A stretch of DNA of 63,910 bases, counting the filler, from Dugesia japonica (Eukaryota), in assembly GCA_001938525.1 (NCBI GenBank). It is 5 parts of 5 records of this genome, joined end to end, with 100 filler letters (N's around TTAATTAATTAA, not from the genome) between each part and the next. Parts side by side here need not be neighbours in the genome. Positions count along the whole stretch, not along the records: positions 27,994 to 40,137 come from MQRL01606438.1; positions 40,238 to 55,590 come from MQRL01591165.1; 3 more parts are not named here. One strand, given 5' to 3'. The position numbers and the translations under genes were made by a program. Of the stretch, positions 37,540 to 49,200 are shown one piece after another; position 1 is the stretch's first letter, and every line of letters begins with the position of its first letter. The notes under the pieces were generated by a model. The model searched no databases. It had not been told where the DNA came from and saw only the letters and a program-made list of their open reading frames with translations.

Positions 37540-37730
37540 CATTTCAAACAACAATAATTAATTTCACTAATTTTGAAGAAAAACCATTAATTTTACTGAA
37601 ACTTAACAAAAATCACTTGATTTAAACAATAAATCATTAATTTCACTTAATTTAAACAATAATAAATAATTTCACCTCATTTAAACAAAAATTCATAGAA
37701 ACTCATCAATTAAAACAAAACCATGATTAT
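37540..37730. repeat. ~28-bp degenerate minisatellite (ATTTAAACAAAAATCATTAATTTCACT)
   Basis: About six visible tandem units. Confidence 0.7.
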
Positions 37731-39013
37731 GTAGTAATTAATTAATCATTATATAACCAACACATGCCTCGACCAATGAAATTACAGGAATACTGTCTCA
37801 ATTACGTAATTTCATGCACACCTATCATATATTTTTATCGTCCCACTAAATACACGTAAAATTCGTACACCGCTCCAAATTTTCTCTCTAAGAAACGGTT
37901 GTTGTGAGGCAGCGCGATAATAATAATTAACAATAATTACTAGGGCAATCTTTTTTAACCTTATAAAAAAGAAAAATTTAACTTTTTTTGACCAATATTT
38001 TGACTTAATAAGTAGAATATTTGACAAATTATTGACTTTATGTTTCTTTATTAAACAATTATCACTGCTTATTGTAACAACAGATTGACATTCTAATATC
38101 TTTACATAGTGTGATTCTTTGTTAGAGAAGTTTTAAAGGTGGCAATCAAGCAGTTAATATCATTGTTATGTGACTTAATTCTAAGTGCCACACTGTAACA
38201 AAGACGGTCAAATTTCAAAAAATTTATTTAAAACTAGTATATACATTTTATAATTACAATTATTGTGAGAATAATTGTTAGACTTAACCATTGATTGCAT
38301 TTGAGATTTCATTAAAATAAAGAAAAAGCGTCGATCAAAATAAACAAAAAATAGTATATACATGTTATGATAAAAAATGTTGGTATCATTGTTCTCGTAA
38401 TCAGATGATAAACATTACTGGTATCTCACAATATCAATCTGACGTATTGGTAACGGGTTATTAAGGATTTTAACTTTAAAATTTTAAAAACACGCAGAGC
38501 TGTTGAAAGTTAGAAGGAGGTGAAGAAAAATGTAATACGGTCAGAAGTAAGGAGTGTGTGGTATCCGCTAATGATTGGTAAACGAATGAGTGATCTCCAG
38601 TTGGGGTGCAATCAAGTAATAAAACTCGGTTGCAAAGAAAAAGTAGACTCTCTTACACAATTAAACTTGTCTTATTTTAACATTTTGCAGCTTATAAATT
38701 TTGTATATTTTCAATTTACTAAAATTTACTAGTGGAAAGAAAAAATTTAAATATTCAAGAGTAAATTTTTAATTTTGTTATTAATAATATTACAATATAT
38801 TATATGCCTTACTTGTTTGAGTGTTTCTAAGGAGCTGGATGGTCGTGCTCCCATCAATATTGAGATCGAAGTAAATAAATGCAATATTCCGATGAATTAA
38901 GAGTGTGAACAGAAAGAATATGATCAGAAAAAGAAAATTGTTATAAACTTCGAGAAATAATTATCAACTGATTAATGAGTCAAATCAATATTGAGATCGC
39001 AGAAAAAATGTAC

Positions 39014-39121
39014 AATTTATCACAGAGAATTAAATGAAAAACGTCGTATAATTTATCAATGGGACTTGAATGAAAAGTGTTGCATAATTTAGCACAGAAA
39101 GTTGAATGAAAAGTGTTGTAA
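39014..39121. repeat. ~36-bp tandem repeat x3 (AATTTATCACAGAGA.TTGAATGAAAAGTGTTG)
   Basis: Directly visible, with diverged copies on both flanks. Confidence 0.7.
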
Positions 39122-40237
39122 CGCAGTTATGCTTTTACACCGAGATTTGAAAATAAAATGTCTTTAAATGATGAGGATCTGTCATGGAGAATCGAAAAAA
39201 AATGTTGAGAAGCGATGATAAGCTATCACCGAATGTTGAGACAAAGGTGTTGGTTAATGACCATGATTTTTTTATCAAAAACAAAAAATATATGTATAAT
39301 AATAAATGTACATTTGTTCGGGAGAGAGAAAGAGAGAGGAAAGCTCAGTAGCAAAAATCACGAGAATTAAGCTGATGTGGGGAAGACGTAGAATATGGAG
39401 CTCGACCGTCACAATGTTTTGCTTGACACAATAAATCTATCTGCTCATTTTAATTGTTTTCTTTGTTTATCCAAAGTGAAAGGTTGTTAGTATAGACTGT
39501 TATGAGCAATGAATATTTTAAACCTAACTTTTATTTTTTTATTAATATAAAAGCAATAACGGATAATTGATAATTCCGGGAATACTTTCAGTTTAATTGT
39601 TTTGTAAAAGTAATCATGGATGATTGACAATGATTTATTAAATGAACTTATTGACTTTCATAAATATATTTCATGTTTTGTGCGGAAAAAGTTTTCATGT
39701 TGGATAGTCTTTGAGCATCGTTTTGGATATCACATCATAGTGAATTAATAATTTTAATAGAATTTTTATGTGGTGGTTTTGTCACCGCTTATTTTATTTC
39801 TGGTACTAAATTTATCTAGTTAAGGAACTCTTGTAAAAACTCCATTTATAACGATAGTAAATGGTGGAAACAAACCTGATAGGCTAAGTGCCGAAGAAAC
39901 ATAATTTAAATATATTTTTTTCCCTTCTGAATACATAGTTTTGCTGTTTAACAAGTTTGGATGGATTAGTTGATTTTCTTACTAACAAATTGAATGACTG
40001 GGCAAACAAATGTCGTGGATAGAGCTTAACATCAATAGAGTAAGACGTGATACCACAAAGTCACGCTGGACTCAGGAAAAAGAGGGGCATGGCACCAAAG
40101 TGTCATAAACGCTTGTGGTTTTTAGGGATGCCCCTAGNNNNNNNNNNNNNNNNNNNNNNNNNNNNNNNNNNNNNNNNNNNNTTAATTAATTAANNNNNNN
40201 NNNNNNNNNNNNNNNNNNNNNNNNNNNNNNNNNNNNN

Positions 40238-40555
40238 TGTATAAAATCAGATTTTCTTAAATATTTCTCTACGGTATTTCTTGATGCATCTAAATCACAT
40301 TCTTCTATTAATTTCGTTACATTTATCTTTTCTTTGCTTACATTAAAAACACAAATCTTCCTTTTTAAGCGCACCTTAGACACCTTATCCATTTTTAACT
40401 TCGGTCTTGTCTTTATCATAATTCTTTTTAGCCTGTAGACGCTTAAATTGCAGGCTGCATAGCGTGAATATTCAACCTTGTCCGAATGGCCAAATAACTA
40501 AGCCCTTCTGTTTTCCATTAAATGGCCAGTTTTCTTTCAAATATTTGTGCATTAT
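40238..40555 (-). pseudogene. Tc1/mariner transposase N-terminal (paired-like HTH) remnant
   Basis: KTRPKLKMDK...LKRKI...KINVTKLIEECDLDASRNTVEKYLRKSDF (GRP-like linker and second HTH). Cut by the spacer. Confidence 0.55.
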
Positions 40556-41144
40556 TGAAGTAGCATCTATTATACTTTTAAATTAAATTGTACTTAAACT
40601 TAAAAAATTACTTAATAAATTTTAAACTTGCTGTGTAAATTTTTTTTTTAAAAAAATTCAAAATTTACTAAATATGACTATATTATATAAACAAGTATAT
40701 GTAATTAAAAAATCTTAAGATATTTTAAATTAGAATTTTATATCCATACAAAATAAATTATAAAACTATTTTGATTAACTATCGATTATAAAAATATTAA
40801 AAAAATTTGACCATCAGTATAGTCCCAAACACATATTTTAAATATTTTGTTGATTGACTCGAGTAGAACAATTGAAATACACATTGAGAAACATAAAAAT
40901 AAGTAACTAAATAAAAAATAAAACAGAAAATATTTTAAAACTAAAATATATTAATAAAAATCTGATATTGTTTGGTCTGATAAAAACATTTGGATGGAAT
41001 GAGCTGAAATAACAAATAAATCATTACCTAACAATGTTCTAGAATCGATTGTTTAAACGCTTTTATGTATTCAATAAATACACACCTGTTCTAAAACCTA
41101 TACACACAGAATATTTAATTGATAATCTATTATTTCAACTGAAG

Positions 41145-41557
41145 ATGACAGTCACTCTTACGAAGGAAAATTCGTCTAGACTAGAATTCAAGCATGAGAT
41201 GATTTTCTTAAAGAGAACAATTAATTATACTTTTCAAGTAATATTTGATTTGCTAATTACTTTATTATTACTTCTTATTTAGGATCCAGTAAAAGTAAAG
41301 CCATGTGTTTAAGATTTATACATATCTGAAATCAGTGACAATGATCAAAAGATTCTTAATGAATTATTCGAAAGAATTAATGAAAGCATAAAAAATTGAA
41401 AATGCTACATTTATTAAATCTAAAGAAGATAAATGTTCAAGAAAGTAAATCAATGATCACAGCTGAAATTATTGGTTATAAGAAATTGGAAGATATAATA
41501 AATCCAATTTGGAAAGTTAAATCAGCTCAAAAGTGTCAAGATAGATTTATTGAATAA
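41145..41557 (+). pseudogene. Accessory gene B, copy 2 (spliced)
   Basis: Intron 41238-41282 (GTAATA...TGCTAAT...TTTAG) after FQ. DPVKVK, ILNELFERI, MITAEIIGYKK, PIWKV. Confidence 0.7.
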
Positions 41558-41652
41558 ATATTAGTATAATTAATAGATTTATCTTAATCGTTTCTAGGTT
41601 GTTTAATAACTTTTTATATAAAAAAAAGTATAAAACAGTAAAGTTTATTTAT

Positions 41653-42284
41653 TCAATCCCATGTTATGCGATGATCTAGTGATTGTTTTGTATGACAATT
41701 GGCAACTGAAATTACAAGATTAAAATAAATAATTTAAGCAATAAAGATTATTTAAAGTATTTGGATCTCTTTCCATTCTACATTCATATTGTTGTCTTAA
41801 TGCAATTGCTAAAACTTTTAGTTTGATATTAATTTGAACTTTATTTATTGATTCGAGACTTAAATAATTTAAATCATCAGTGAATTATTTAATTAATGCT
41901 TCTTCTTCTAAGTATTACAAGACTATCCAGGAATTGAATTTGAATAAGAGCTTGAAGACCACTTTGTAATGTTACTTCTAATTAATGACGATAAAATATA
42001 ATTTCATTGTTTGATATTTCTTTCATTGCATAAATAAATGGTTCAAGAGAGAATAAATTTGCTAGATTATTGGCAACATCAACTTTACATTTGTTGAGAT
42101 AATCTTCATAATTCAACGATAAACAACCTTTAGTCTCTGAAATAATTTTTGGAATAAAAGTTTTATGCCATTTCATGAAAGATATAATGTATTCATCATC
42201 ATCTTCAATAATAACATTTCGATTAATTAGTTCTATTTCTTTCATCATTTCCTTCTGCTTTTTAGACAAGATTACATCATCCAT
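41653..42284 (-). pseudogene. Accessory gene A, copy 2
   Basis: Homologous along its length to 33387-34132. Ends VANCHTKQSLDHRITWD*. Confidence 0.75.
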
Positions 42285-42319
42285 TTTTGAAAAGTTTACA
42301 ATGCTTACAATCACTTATT

Positions 42320-42772
42320 TTAAACTATGGAATTTAAATAATTAATTAATTCTTTTAATATTACATTAACTATTGATTGATAATAAAATGTTTTTATTCC
42401 AACTAGTACAATCTTTCCACTTGAAAATAAATTAACACATATTGGATCATATTTTGAAATTCTTAACCCTGGGAATATTTCCGGTTCATATACACATTTG
42501 ACTCATTTGGATAAGTCATATAAATTAATCATAGTCTTCAAATTATGGACAGCTGTAAGTGATTGTAATTTAATATTCTGGCTATTATACTTTAAATCCT
42601 TTGTTCTTATTGGTTTCCTGCACCCCATAATTCTACGATTTCCTGATTTAAAGAAAACAAGGGTATACAAGTCTATTTTTTCAACAACTTGAGCAGGTTT
42701 TCCACAATGAAATCTCATTTTTCTGGTCATTTCCTCATCAACTTTACCTCTGTATTTAAAATTTGCAATCAT
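42320..42772 (-). pseudogene. Viral TATA-binding-protein (TBP)-like gene, 150 codons with one in-frame TGA (42503-42505)
   Basis: Reading through the TGA gives TLVFFKSGNRRIMGCR..NIKLQSLTAVHNLKTMINLYDL..CVYEPEIFPGLRISKYDPICVNLFSSGKIVLVGIK. This matches both TBP repeats (ALIFSSGKMVCTGAK; FKIQNMVG..IRLEGL; YEPELFPGL..P..LLIFVSGKVVLTGAK). Confidence 0.88.
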
Positions 42773-42862
42773 TATTTATGAATAATTAATTTTCGAAGAG
42801 GTATTTATAACTGTATAAACAATATTAATTCAATTGATGCGTTTAAACAAGCATAAATTAAA
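42773..42862. promoter_or_regulatory. Putative bidirectional promoter between TBP-like gene and ATPase/virion module
   Basis: 90-bp divergent intergenic region with TATAAATA on the minus strand (42802-42809) and GTATAAAC on the plus strand (42813-42820). Confidence 0.4.
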
Positions 42863-43235
42863 ATGGAATTAAGAAATGATGTTGTATATCAAATTGTTGA
42901 ACCAAGTGGTAGTAGAAAAACCTTGTTTGTGTGTAAATTATTGAAATCAAACTTGTTCAAATCAAAATTCAATAAAATATATTGGCATAGAGGTGCATAT
43001 GAGGAGCAATAAAGAGAACAATATAAATCATCAACAAAAATAACATCACCTGTTTTCAATATCTTGCTCTAATTGTCATCAAATCCATTAATTGTGGTCA
43101 TTTTTATATCGCAAAATGTTGATTGATGATTATAATTTTCTGGAGTTTACACAGCAATTTCCTGATGATCTTAGAGTTGGAACTGATATTTTCAATACAA
43201 ATGATGTTACAGTCTATAAACAATATGTAAGGTGA
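42863..43235 (+). pseudogene. Polinton A32/FtsK-like packaging ATPase, internally deleted
   Basis: YQIVEPSGSRKTLFVCKLL (decayed Walker A GPSGSGKT), VIFISQNV, and C-terminal FPDDLRVGTDIF. Confidence 0.8.
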
Positions 43236-43249
43236 TTATTTCTTTCAAA

Positions 43250-43528
43250 ATGTCTAAATTTTCTAAAGTTTTAGTAGATCCTCATACAATTAAAACGGTT
43301 AGCAATCACAAGACTAATCAATATGAATATAAGGATAATATTGTTCCAAACGATATCAAATCGATAAAGAATGCAATAAAACGACAATCAAGGAAGCATT
43401 CAAGGAAGCAATCAAAGAATTTGATCAAGGATCAAACAATGAATGTAAAAATGAAAAAGCCAAAGAAGAAACCAAAGAAGAATAAAAAGATAAAGATTCA
43501 ATCAACTGGTAAATGGTTCAAACTATAA
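43250..43528 (+). CDS. Small basic Polinton ORF (Lys-rich, ends GKWFKL), putative core/DNA-binding protein
   Basis: Open 92-aa frame directly after the ATPase with an NLS-like KKPKKKPKK tract. Function inferred from composition and position. Confidence 0.5.
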   Translation: MSKFSKVLVDPHTIKTVSNHKTNQYEYKDNIVPNDIKSIKNAIKRQSRKHSRKQSKNLIKDQTMNVKMKKPKKKPKKNKKIKIQSTGKWFKL

Positions 43529-43561
43529 ACAATCTAATCATGTGTTAATTAATAAAATATT

Positions 43562-43815
43562 ATGACATTTGAACAAAGTCTTCCTTATTTAAAATTATTG
43601 TTAAAGGCTCCACAAGAGTCTACAATGAAAATGTTGCAGAAATTTCCAAATTTGTTACTGATGATTTATTAGAGATTGTTGTAAATATTGTTCGAAGAAA
43701 TGTAATTCTCAACCAAGATAAAAACTTATTTTACAACATCATAAAAAACCGTTGCTTTAAATTGTTAAAACTAAGAGAAAAAAATTAATGAGAAAAATTA
43801 TCTATAAACAAGTGT
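43562..43815 (+). pseudogene. Conserved small Polinton protein (L..L / DDLLEIVVNIVRRNV / KIIYKQ family)
   Basis: Resembles the short post-ATPase Maverick ORF with E...N.L.GN.L and terminal Q.GG motifs. Frameshifted. Confidence 0.55.
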
Positions 43816-44299
43816 TGAGATCACAGACACGCATAAAAACAAAAATACACACAATAATCAGATCCTCAGCAATCAATCCTCAAAGTCATCAATCAGTTCT
43901 CAAAGCCCTAAATCCAGAACAATCAAGCGCTATAATTTGGAGCCAGACACTTAATTCGTTATAATTGATATTTGAACATTTTATTATATGAACATTGTTG
44001 TTTAAACATTTTTATAATTTAAAGTTTTGATTTTAAAATGTTTATTAAAAAGTCTATTTGTTCTTAATATTATTGAATTTTATTTCAGTGTATGTAGACA
44101 ATATTTTTAATATTGAAAAACCACGATTGATTTTATTTCTTTGACAATATTAAGAAAAAGAAAAGTGATTAATAATAAGTGATCTTGAAAATCACGATTG
44201 ACTTTATTTCTCTGAAAAAACAATTTATTTCTGTAAATATTTTTATTTATACATTTTAAATTAACGTATAGTATAAGAATAACTAGTTACTTGAAGTCT

Positions 44300-44827
44300 G
44301 AAAATGATACATTAAAAATTTACAAGAATTAGATGAATTCATGAAATACATTTTAAAGATGTATTCAAACTTTATACATTAAAGAAAAATGAACTATTTA
44401 ATTTTTCATTGCAGTCACATGTTAAAAGTATCACCTTTGATAGAATCATGACAAAAACGTTGGGATTAGATAGACAAACATATACCCAAAGTAATCTAAG
44501 TTTTCCTCACTCAGATCAAATATTCACATGACTTAGAAACCTGAAAATAATCTCTAATCCTCATCAAATGTTCATCTATAGTAATATTGTAAACCTATAA
44601 TTGTTGGTGATGCAAATGTTCAGTTGTTAAAATCTGTATGATTGGAGAGTTATGTAGATGATCAACTCGTTCAAATAATAGTGAAGAATCCTATGTATCT
44701 TCCATTAGTCACTCCATGTATAAACAATATAGAAATCAGCNTCAGAGATGATAACGACGATTTAATTAGATTTAATCAAGACGCAAAAACTGATTTAACA
44801 TTAAATTTTAGAAAAATATATGTCTAA
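44300..44827 (+). pseudogene. Polinton minor capsid (penton) protein, C-terminal part
   Basis: MFIYSNIVKPIIVGDANVQLLKSV...KNPMYLPL...INNIEISxRDDNDDLIRF...LTLNFRK. Confidence 0.85.
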
Positions 44828-45130
44828 TCCTGATATTATAGCTTTATATAGTACTAGTCAAGCTAGTCGAGAATTACCATATTTTTTAGGAAAACAGTAT
44901 GGATCAGGATGTTTGTAAACAATTGGTCGATTTGCTTTACCTATTTGACGTATTGGTGCAATTGGAATGAAAACAGCACAAAATGTAATAAAAAATAAAG
45001 TAAAAATTTTACCATTCCTCAAAACAAAGGAAATGAATGAATTTAATAACTTTATGGATTCAGATGAGCTTTAAAAACTCTTAAAAATCTTAAAGGAAGT
45101 GGAATCAAACGTAAGAATTCTATCTAGATG
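44820..45130 (+). pseudogene. Polinton PZ-like protein
   Basis: YSTSQASRELPYFLGKQYGSGCL*TIGRFALPI (Y..Q.G..P.F.G.Q.G.G..R.A.P motif), located between mCP and MCP. Confidence 0.75.
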
Positions 45131-45174
45131 GGTATAAACAAATGAATGAAAAGATGTAAAATCATATTTGACTA

Positions 45175-45960
45175 ATGATTTGTGGAAAAACAGAATTGTG
45201 CATTTTCGATCGTCCATCTCCTCAAGGTGTTATTGAATATGGAATATTTGAAGAGGTTATATTTCTAAAAGTACAAAATGAGTTTTTATAAATTGATCGC
45301 AAACTGATTATTTGGATTTGAATGATACTGTTTTGTATGTTCAAGTGAAGGTAGTAGATAAGAATAGTAAGGATTTGGAACCTAAATCCGATGTTATGAC
45401 TGCGAATTTCATATTGCATATTCTATTCAAGGATGCAATTCATTTAAATAATATTAAAGTTGAAGGTGGAAATGAAATGAAATTTTATTTTCATTAAATT
45501 AAAATGAAATTTATGTAACTAAAGCATTGATTAAGACTATTTTGAATTATAATAGAGATACAAAGGATGTTTCTTTTAACGCAATGGGATATGAAAATGA
45601 TGATTTTAGACAACCAAGCATTAGATCATCGAAACCATGGTCTCCATGCGGACCTCTACAACTAGACTTCATGGATCAACCAAAATATCTTATTCCAGGT
45701 GTCAATGCTCACATTCGATTGAAAAGATCAGATGCAAGATTGTGTCGAGAATCCAAACTTGATGAACCAAAATATAAATTATTGGATACAAAATTAATGA
45801 TTAGAAGAGTTAGAGTGAATTCGTCAGTACCAACAGCTCATCAAATTTGATTAACCAAACAAAATGCTATTTATCCTATAAAAACCAAGGAAATTGCATA
45901 GCATGAAATTAGTAGACAGTTCATCATTTTATAAGTAGAAAATCTTTGAAGATCGTAGAT
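45175..45960 (+). pseudogene. Polinton major capsid protein, N-terminal portion (copy 2)
   Basis: KTELCIFDRPSPQGVIE, YLDLNDTVLYVQVKV, CGPLQLDFMDQPKYLIPGVNAHIRLKRS, KLMIRRVRV, AHQI*LTKQNAIYPIK. Confidence 0.9.
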
Positions 45961-46255
45961 TAACAACTTTTATTTGTTTAATCGGTTCAATTAGTTAAAA
46001 ATTTGATTGTATAATAAATTGGTGTGTAAACACGCTATTAATTAAATTTCATCATAATTTTTAAGAAAAAACAGTAAGTTTAGTTTAAAAATTTTTTAAA
46101 TCTTTATAAAATTTAACTTTCATTTAATGAATTTTCATAATAATTTATCATATAATTTGTTTAAATTTTAGATTTGATCTAACATATTTTACAATGAAAC
46201 GAAATTATTAAGTAATTTTAAATGTTATTAATTGATTGATTTTATTACGATTTAG

Positions 46256-49200
46256 GATATCAGTATAAACAGGAAAGCAAATATCAATCAAAATCTTAAT
46301 GAAAATTTTATGATTTATGCTACAGGTAAATTTTATTCGATTTATATACTTTAATAAATTCATCTAATTTTTTAATGAATTTGTAATAGTAAATATTAAT
46401 GATGATGATCAACTTGTACACGTTAAGTACGTAATAATGATTGCCATGATGTTATGGAGAATTACTATGGTGTTGTTAATCAAAAGTTACAATATTACAT
46501 ATGCCCTACATGCGAAAAACTTTATCTTGACGATTATAGCAATTTTTATAAGAACCATGCTTATCATTTAAATTTATTTAAATCCGAAAAAAAATTTTAT
46601 TTGATAATTTGTTCAGAGTTTATTGTTCCTTGTAAGAAAATAAAATTAGAATCTTTTCATATTGTTATCATGATGATGATCATGAACTTGGGAGTAAATT
46701 CGAGAGTTTAGCAGCTTCAGCTGAGGATTCAACTGTTGATTTATTTGTTTCTTCTATAGATCTTGTTGCTCCAGTTGATGATGCGGTTGTCGATCTTACT
46801 GTTAATTCAGTTAATGATCCGACTGTTGATCCAATTGGTAATTCTTTCGTTATGGATGATGTAATAGGAAGTTTTAAGGTGATTGATGAATGGTCCGATG
46901 ATGTTACTATAAATATTTTTGATAAGGAAATAAGTTATGAAGAAGCTGTTTTAAAAGAGTTTATTGAAAATGAAACACAGAATGGTGATTCTCTTAGTGT
47001 TGTTCCTGACGAACCAGTTATTGAGACAGATCTTAAAAACAATCAAGTCGTAAAATTAGACGTGTCTAAATATAATATGAAAGAAATATTTTTACCTAAA
47101 ACATTATTAGACAAATTGTATAAAATCTGTAATGACTTAATAAGTGTTAAAATTCAATTTGGACTTCAGCTAGAATTGATAAGGGATCATGAGATAAAAA
47201 CTTGTCGAATATCGAATCGAGCGGTTCCTCCTAGTAAGAGAATTTTAGATGATGGTATAAAAGCTCTTAATGAACAAATTATAATTAGGACCGAATATGA
47301 AGTAGTTGGGCTTTAAATAGATTAATAGAAATTAATTTTAAAATTACTAAAGTTTCTGATATTAGTAGGCTGCCAGGAAGTGGACCTATCAAAACTCCTA
47401 ATAACTTGAAACATAAACATTCAGTTGTTAATGTTGAAAATTAGGATAATTATTGTTTTATTTATAGCATACTTGCTTTACTTAAACAGGAAGTGGTTGA
47501 TGAAAAGCATAAATATAGAGTATCTCAATATAAACCTTACATGAAGGAATTAAATTATGATGAAAAAGATATACCTATGATGTTCGCAAATATAACTAAG
47601 TTTGAAAAGTTAAACCCCGATCTCTCAGTAAATGTATTTTCTTAGAATTCCATTAATACTGATGATGATGTAATCATGAAACATCCTAATCTAGGTATTA
47701 TTCATAGGAGTAAGGTTCAAGGAGCTAGGAAAATTAATCTTTTATTACTCGAGGAAGGTGAAAAATATCATTACACTGCAGTAATGAATTTGAACCAGCT
47801 TATGAATCGAAATAAAAAAAAGAAGAAAGTACGAGAATTCACTCTATCTGGTGTGAAAATTGTTTGAATGGCTTTAGGCATCAATTATCTTTAGACACTC
47901 ATATTCCATTTTGTAGAAGAACTCAAACTGGTACACTTCTTTATACAATGCCTAATGATCCTGCTTTAGTGTTTAAAGATTTTTTCGAAAACTTTAACAC
48001 CACCTTTTGTTATTTACGCTGATTTTGAGTCTATTCTAGAGAAGCATGAAAACACTAACTAAACATAAACACTTACCTATTTCTGCAGGATTTTAAAAGT
48101 TAATAACTTCACTAGTGAATTAAAGTATAAACAGTTTATAGGTTTGAATTGTGTATTCGAATTCTTGAAAGCTGTTGAGGAAATAAGTCTCTTGCTATTT
48201 ATTATAAAAAAGAATGTAAATAAAAAAATTGTGATTACATCATCAGAGGTAATTCGAATAACCGCTTCTAAAACTTGTTGTAAAAAAGATTTAAATAACC
48301 CGGTTCGTGATCATGATCATTTTACTGGTAAATATTTAGGACTTGCTTGCAATAACTGTAACTTGAGTAAGAATATTCGATTTGAATTACCTGTTGCTTT
48401 TCATAATTTGAGAGGATATGATCTCCTTCATATTCTCAAATACGGGTTGAATCAGTTTACTAAATGGAATATTTCATGTATTCATACAACATCATAAAAA
48501 TTTCTTAGTCTTATTGCTCATGTAGAAAAGATTCTAATTAAGTTCATTAATATCAGTTCATTAACTCATCTCTTGATGCTGCTGGTAAGACCATAAATTC
48601 TACACCTTTAACTTCTATTGAATTAAATGATCATAGAATTGTTTAATCAAATGGGATTTTCCCTTATGAATTTGCTTCTAGTTTACAGATATTAGAGGAA
48701 ACCTATGAAATGCCTCCTAAATGAGATGATTCTTATAATAAGGCTCTCGAAATGTGGGAAATTACCGGATGTGATAACCTACTTGACTATATGATGGTCT
48801 ATCTAAAACTTGATGTTTTTTTGGCTTATTTCTTCCAACCATTTAGACAATAATCTATAGCTCATAATGGTCTTGAACCGCTTACATTCTTTGGAATTCC
48901 GGGCATGTCATGGGCTTATGCCTAGATGACTTTAACTGATCCAATTTAGTTATTGACTGACAATGACATGTACACTTTCTTTGAAGGTGGTATTAGAGGA
49001 GGTCTTACCTTTGTTAACAAACATTTTGTTGAGACTAATGAAACAACTGAGCTCCTATACATTGAAATCAATAATTTGTATGGTTAGGCTTTAAGCCTAA
49101 AACTTCCGTATAAAGATTTTGAATGGGTTTATTCTGGTTTTGATGATTTATTGAATGATTCTTTGATTCTGCACTTGGATTCGTTATCCTATGGTTATAC

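Noticed and set aside
43085-43120. Adenain protease motif (SINCGHFY)
   Set aside because: An overlapping frame gives the ATPase motif VIFISQN in the expected position, and no upstream catalytic His/Asp motifs are present.
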